From NCBI GenBank assembly GCA_011109175.1, contig RDEW01000063.1, positions 100,965 to 164,964 on the forward strand: 64,000 nucleotides of DNA, read 5' to 3'. This DNA is from Dicyema japonicum. Taxonomy: Eukaryota > Animalia > Dicyemida. Shown piece by piece: positions 63,101 to 64,000 of the stretch (position 1 is its first letter; the number at the start of each line of letters is the position of its first letter). Position numbers and translations under genes: made by a program. Under the pieces are notes generated by a model. That model did not search any database and had not been told where the DNA came from. It worked only from the letters and a program-made list of their open reading frames with translations.

Positions 63101-64000
63101 TAAAAATAAAATTTACATGCATTTTCCGAAATCTGCTATCAAGTCGGATTTTTCCAATTTTTATATTGTTCTTGCGTAGGGAATTATATTATTATAAGCA
63201 TGTACGCGATGCCAAGATCATGACAAAGCATATGCAACACGAAAAGTCAACAATCTAATTAACGTCGCCCATTTTTTTCAATCCGTTGCCATGTTCCGTA
63301 GCATATCTAGATTGTCCCCATCTTTAAGGCACTTTCCAATCTTCCTAGATCTTCAGCAGTGTTGTCCTCGGCCGGTCGCGGAAACGAGAAGCTTATAAGA
63401 CAAAATACTCCTCCATTGCTATGTTGGTAGGGTCCCCATATCGTGGCGGAGTATGTGTCTAAAGAGCTTCCATCTTGAAAAATTATTATAGAAAGATTTA
63501 ATAAAACTCTGACAAGAAGATCTGTCTAAATTGATGACAGAAAATGGTACTAAAATTGAAAACAATTTTCAAGTAAGATAACTTTTACTTACAACGCAAC
63601 ACGAATGCTTCAACCAATGAAACGCCATTCAAAATATGAGAAGCACTTCAGTAATTCCAACAATTACAAAGTTGTTATTTTATGGGTGGAAATACTTTCG
63701 GCAGTAAATTCCGAAAGATGACACACTTGTGAATACATTCTTCTGAAAGTCCACGATTGTAGATTTCTGTTTTGGAATATTCCAATTGAATGAACAGCTG
63801 CACATTATCAAAAGCGACTCCGAATCCACTTGATCGGAGCTATTTTAGGAGCATCTTAGTCATAATTTCGAAAACATCAAGGATTGTTGGTATTCTTTCG
63901 TTATAATTGACAAAATTAAAAAATTTGTAAGATTTTAGAATATCGACTGTATTTCAAATAATTATATAAATTCAAATTAATTGAAGACCGTTTAACGAAT

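Larger units (their letters stand above)
56250..64000 (+). repeat. Large direct segmental duplication, copy 2
   Basis: Collinear with 6040-15410. Runs to the window end. Confidence 0.85.

Noticed and set aside
1-64000. CRISPR arrays, rRNA genes, telomeric arrays, prokaryotic operons
   Set aside because: No regularly spaced repeats, rRNA motifs, telomeric runs or operon-like gene packing seen.

Overview
AT-rich eukaryotic nuclear DNA. No prokaryotic, CRISPR or rRNA features were found. The window is mostly decayed transposable elements: RTE-clade, Jockey/I-like, CRE-like and R2-superfamily (RLE) non-LTR retrotransposons, Tc1-, pogo- and hAT/Buster-like DNA transposase relics, and a tRNA-derived SINE. 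These surround a few host genes and one intact tRNA-Leu(UAG). The host genes are hidden from the ORF track because they are split by very short GT-AG introns, mostly 21-25 nt. Removing these introns by hand reveals a multi-copy type I membrane protein gene (signal peptide, extracellular region, one TM helix, short tail) and a multi-exon orphan gene. A duplicated TIS11/ZFP36-like tandem CCCH zinc-finger gene is also present. About 9 kb (6.0-15.4 kb) is repeated directly at 56.2-64 kb, and about 3.1 kb (13.7-16.7 kb) is repeated in inverted orientation at 52.8-55.9 kb. All assignments come from manual translation and motif recognition, with no database searches. Boundaries of degraded elements are approximate. 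The organism cannot be identified from the sequence alone.
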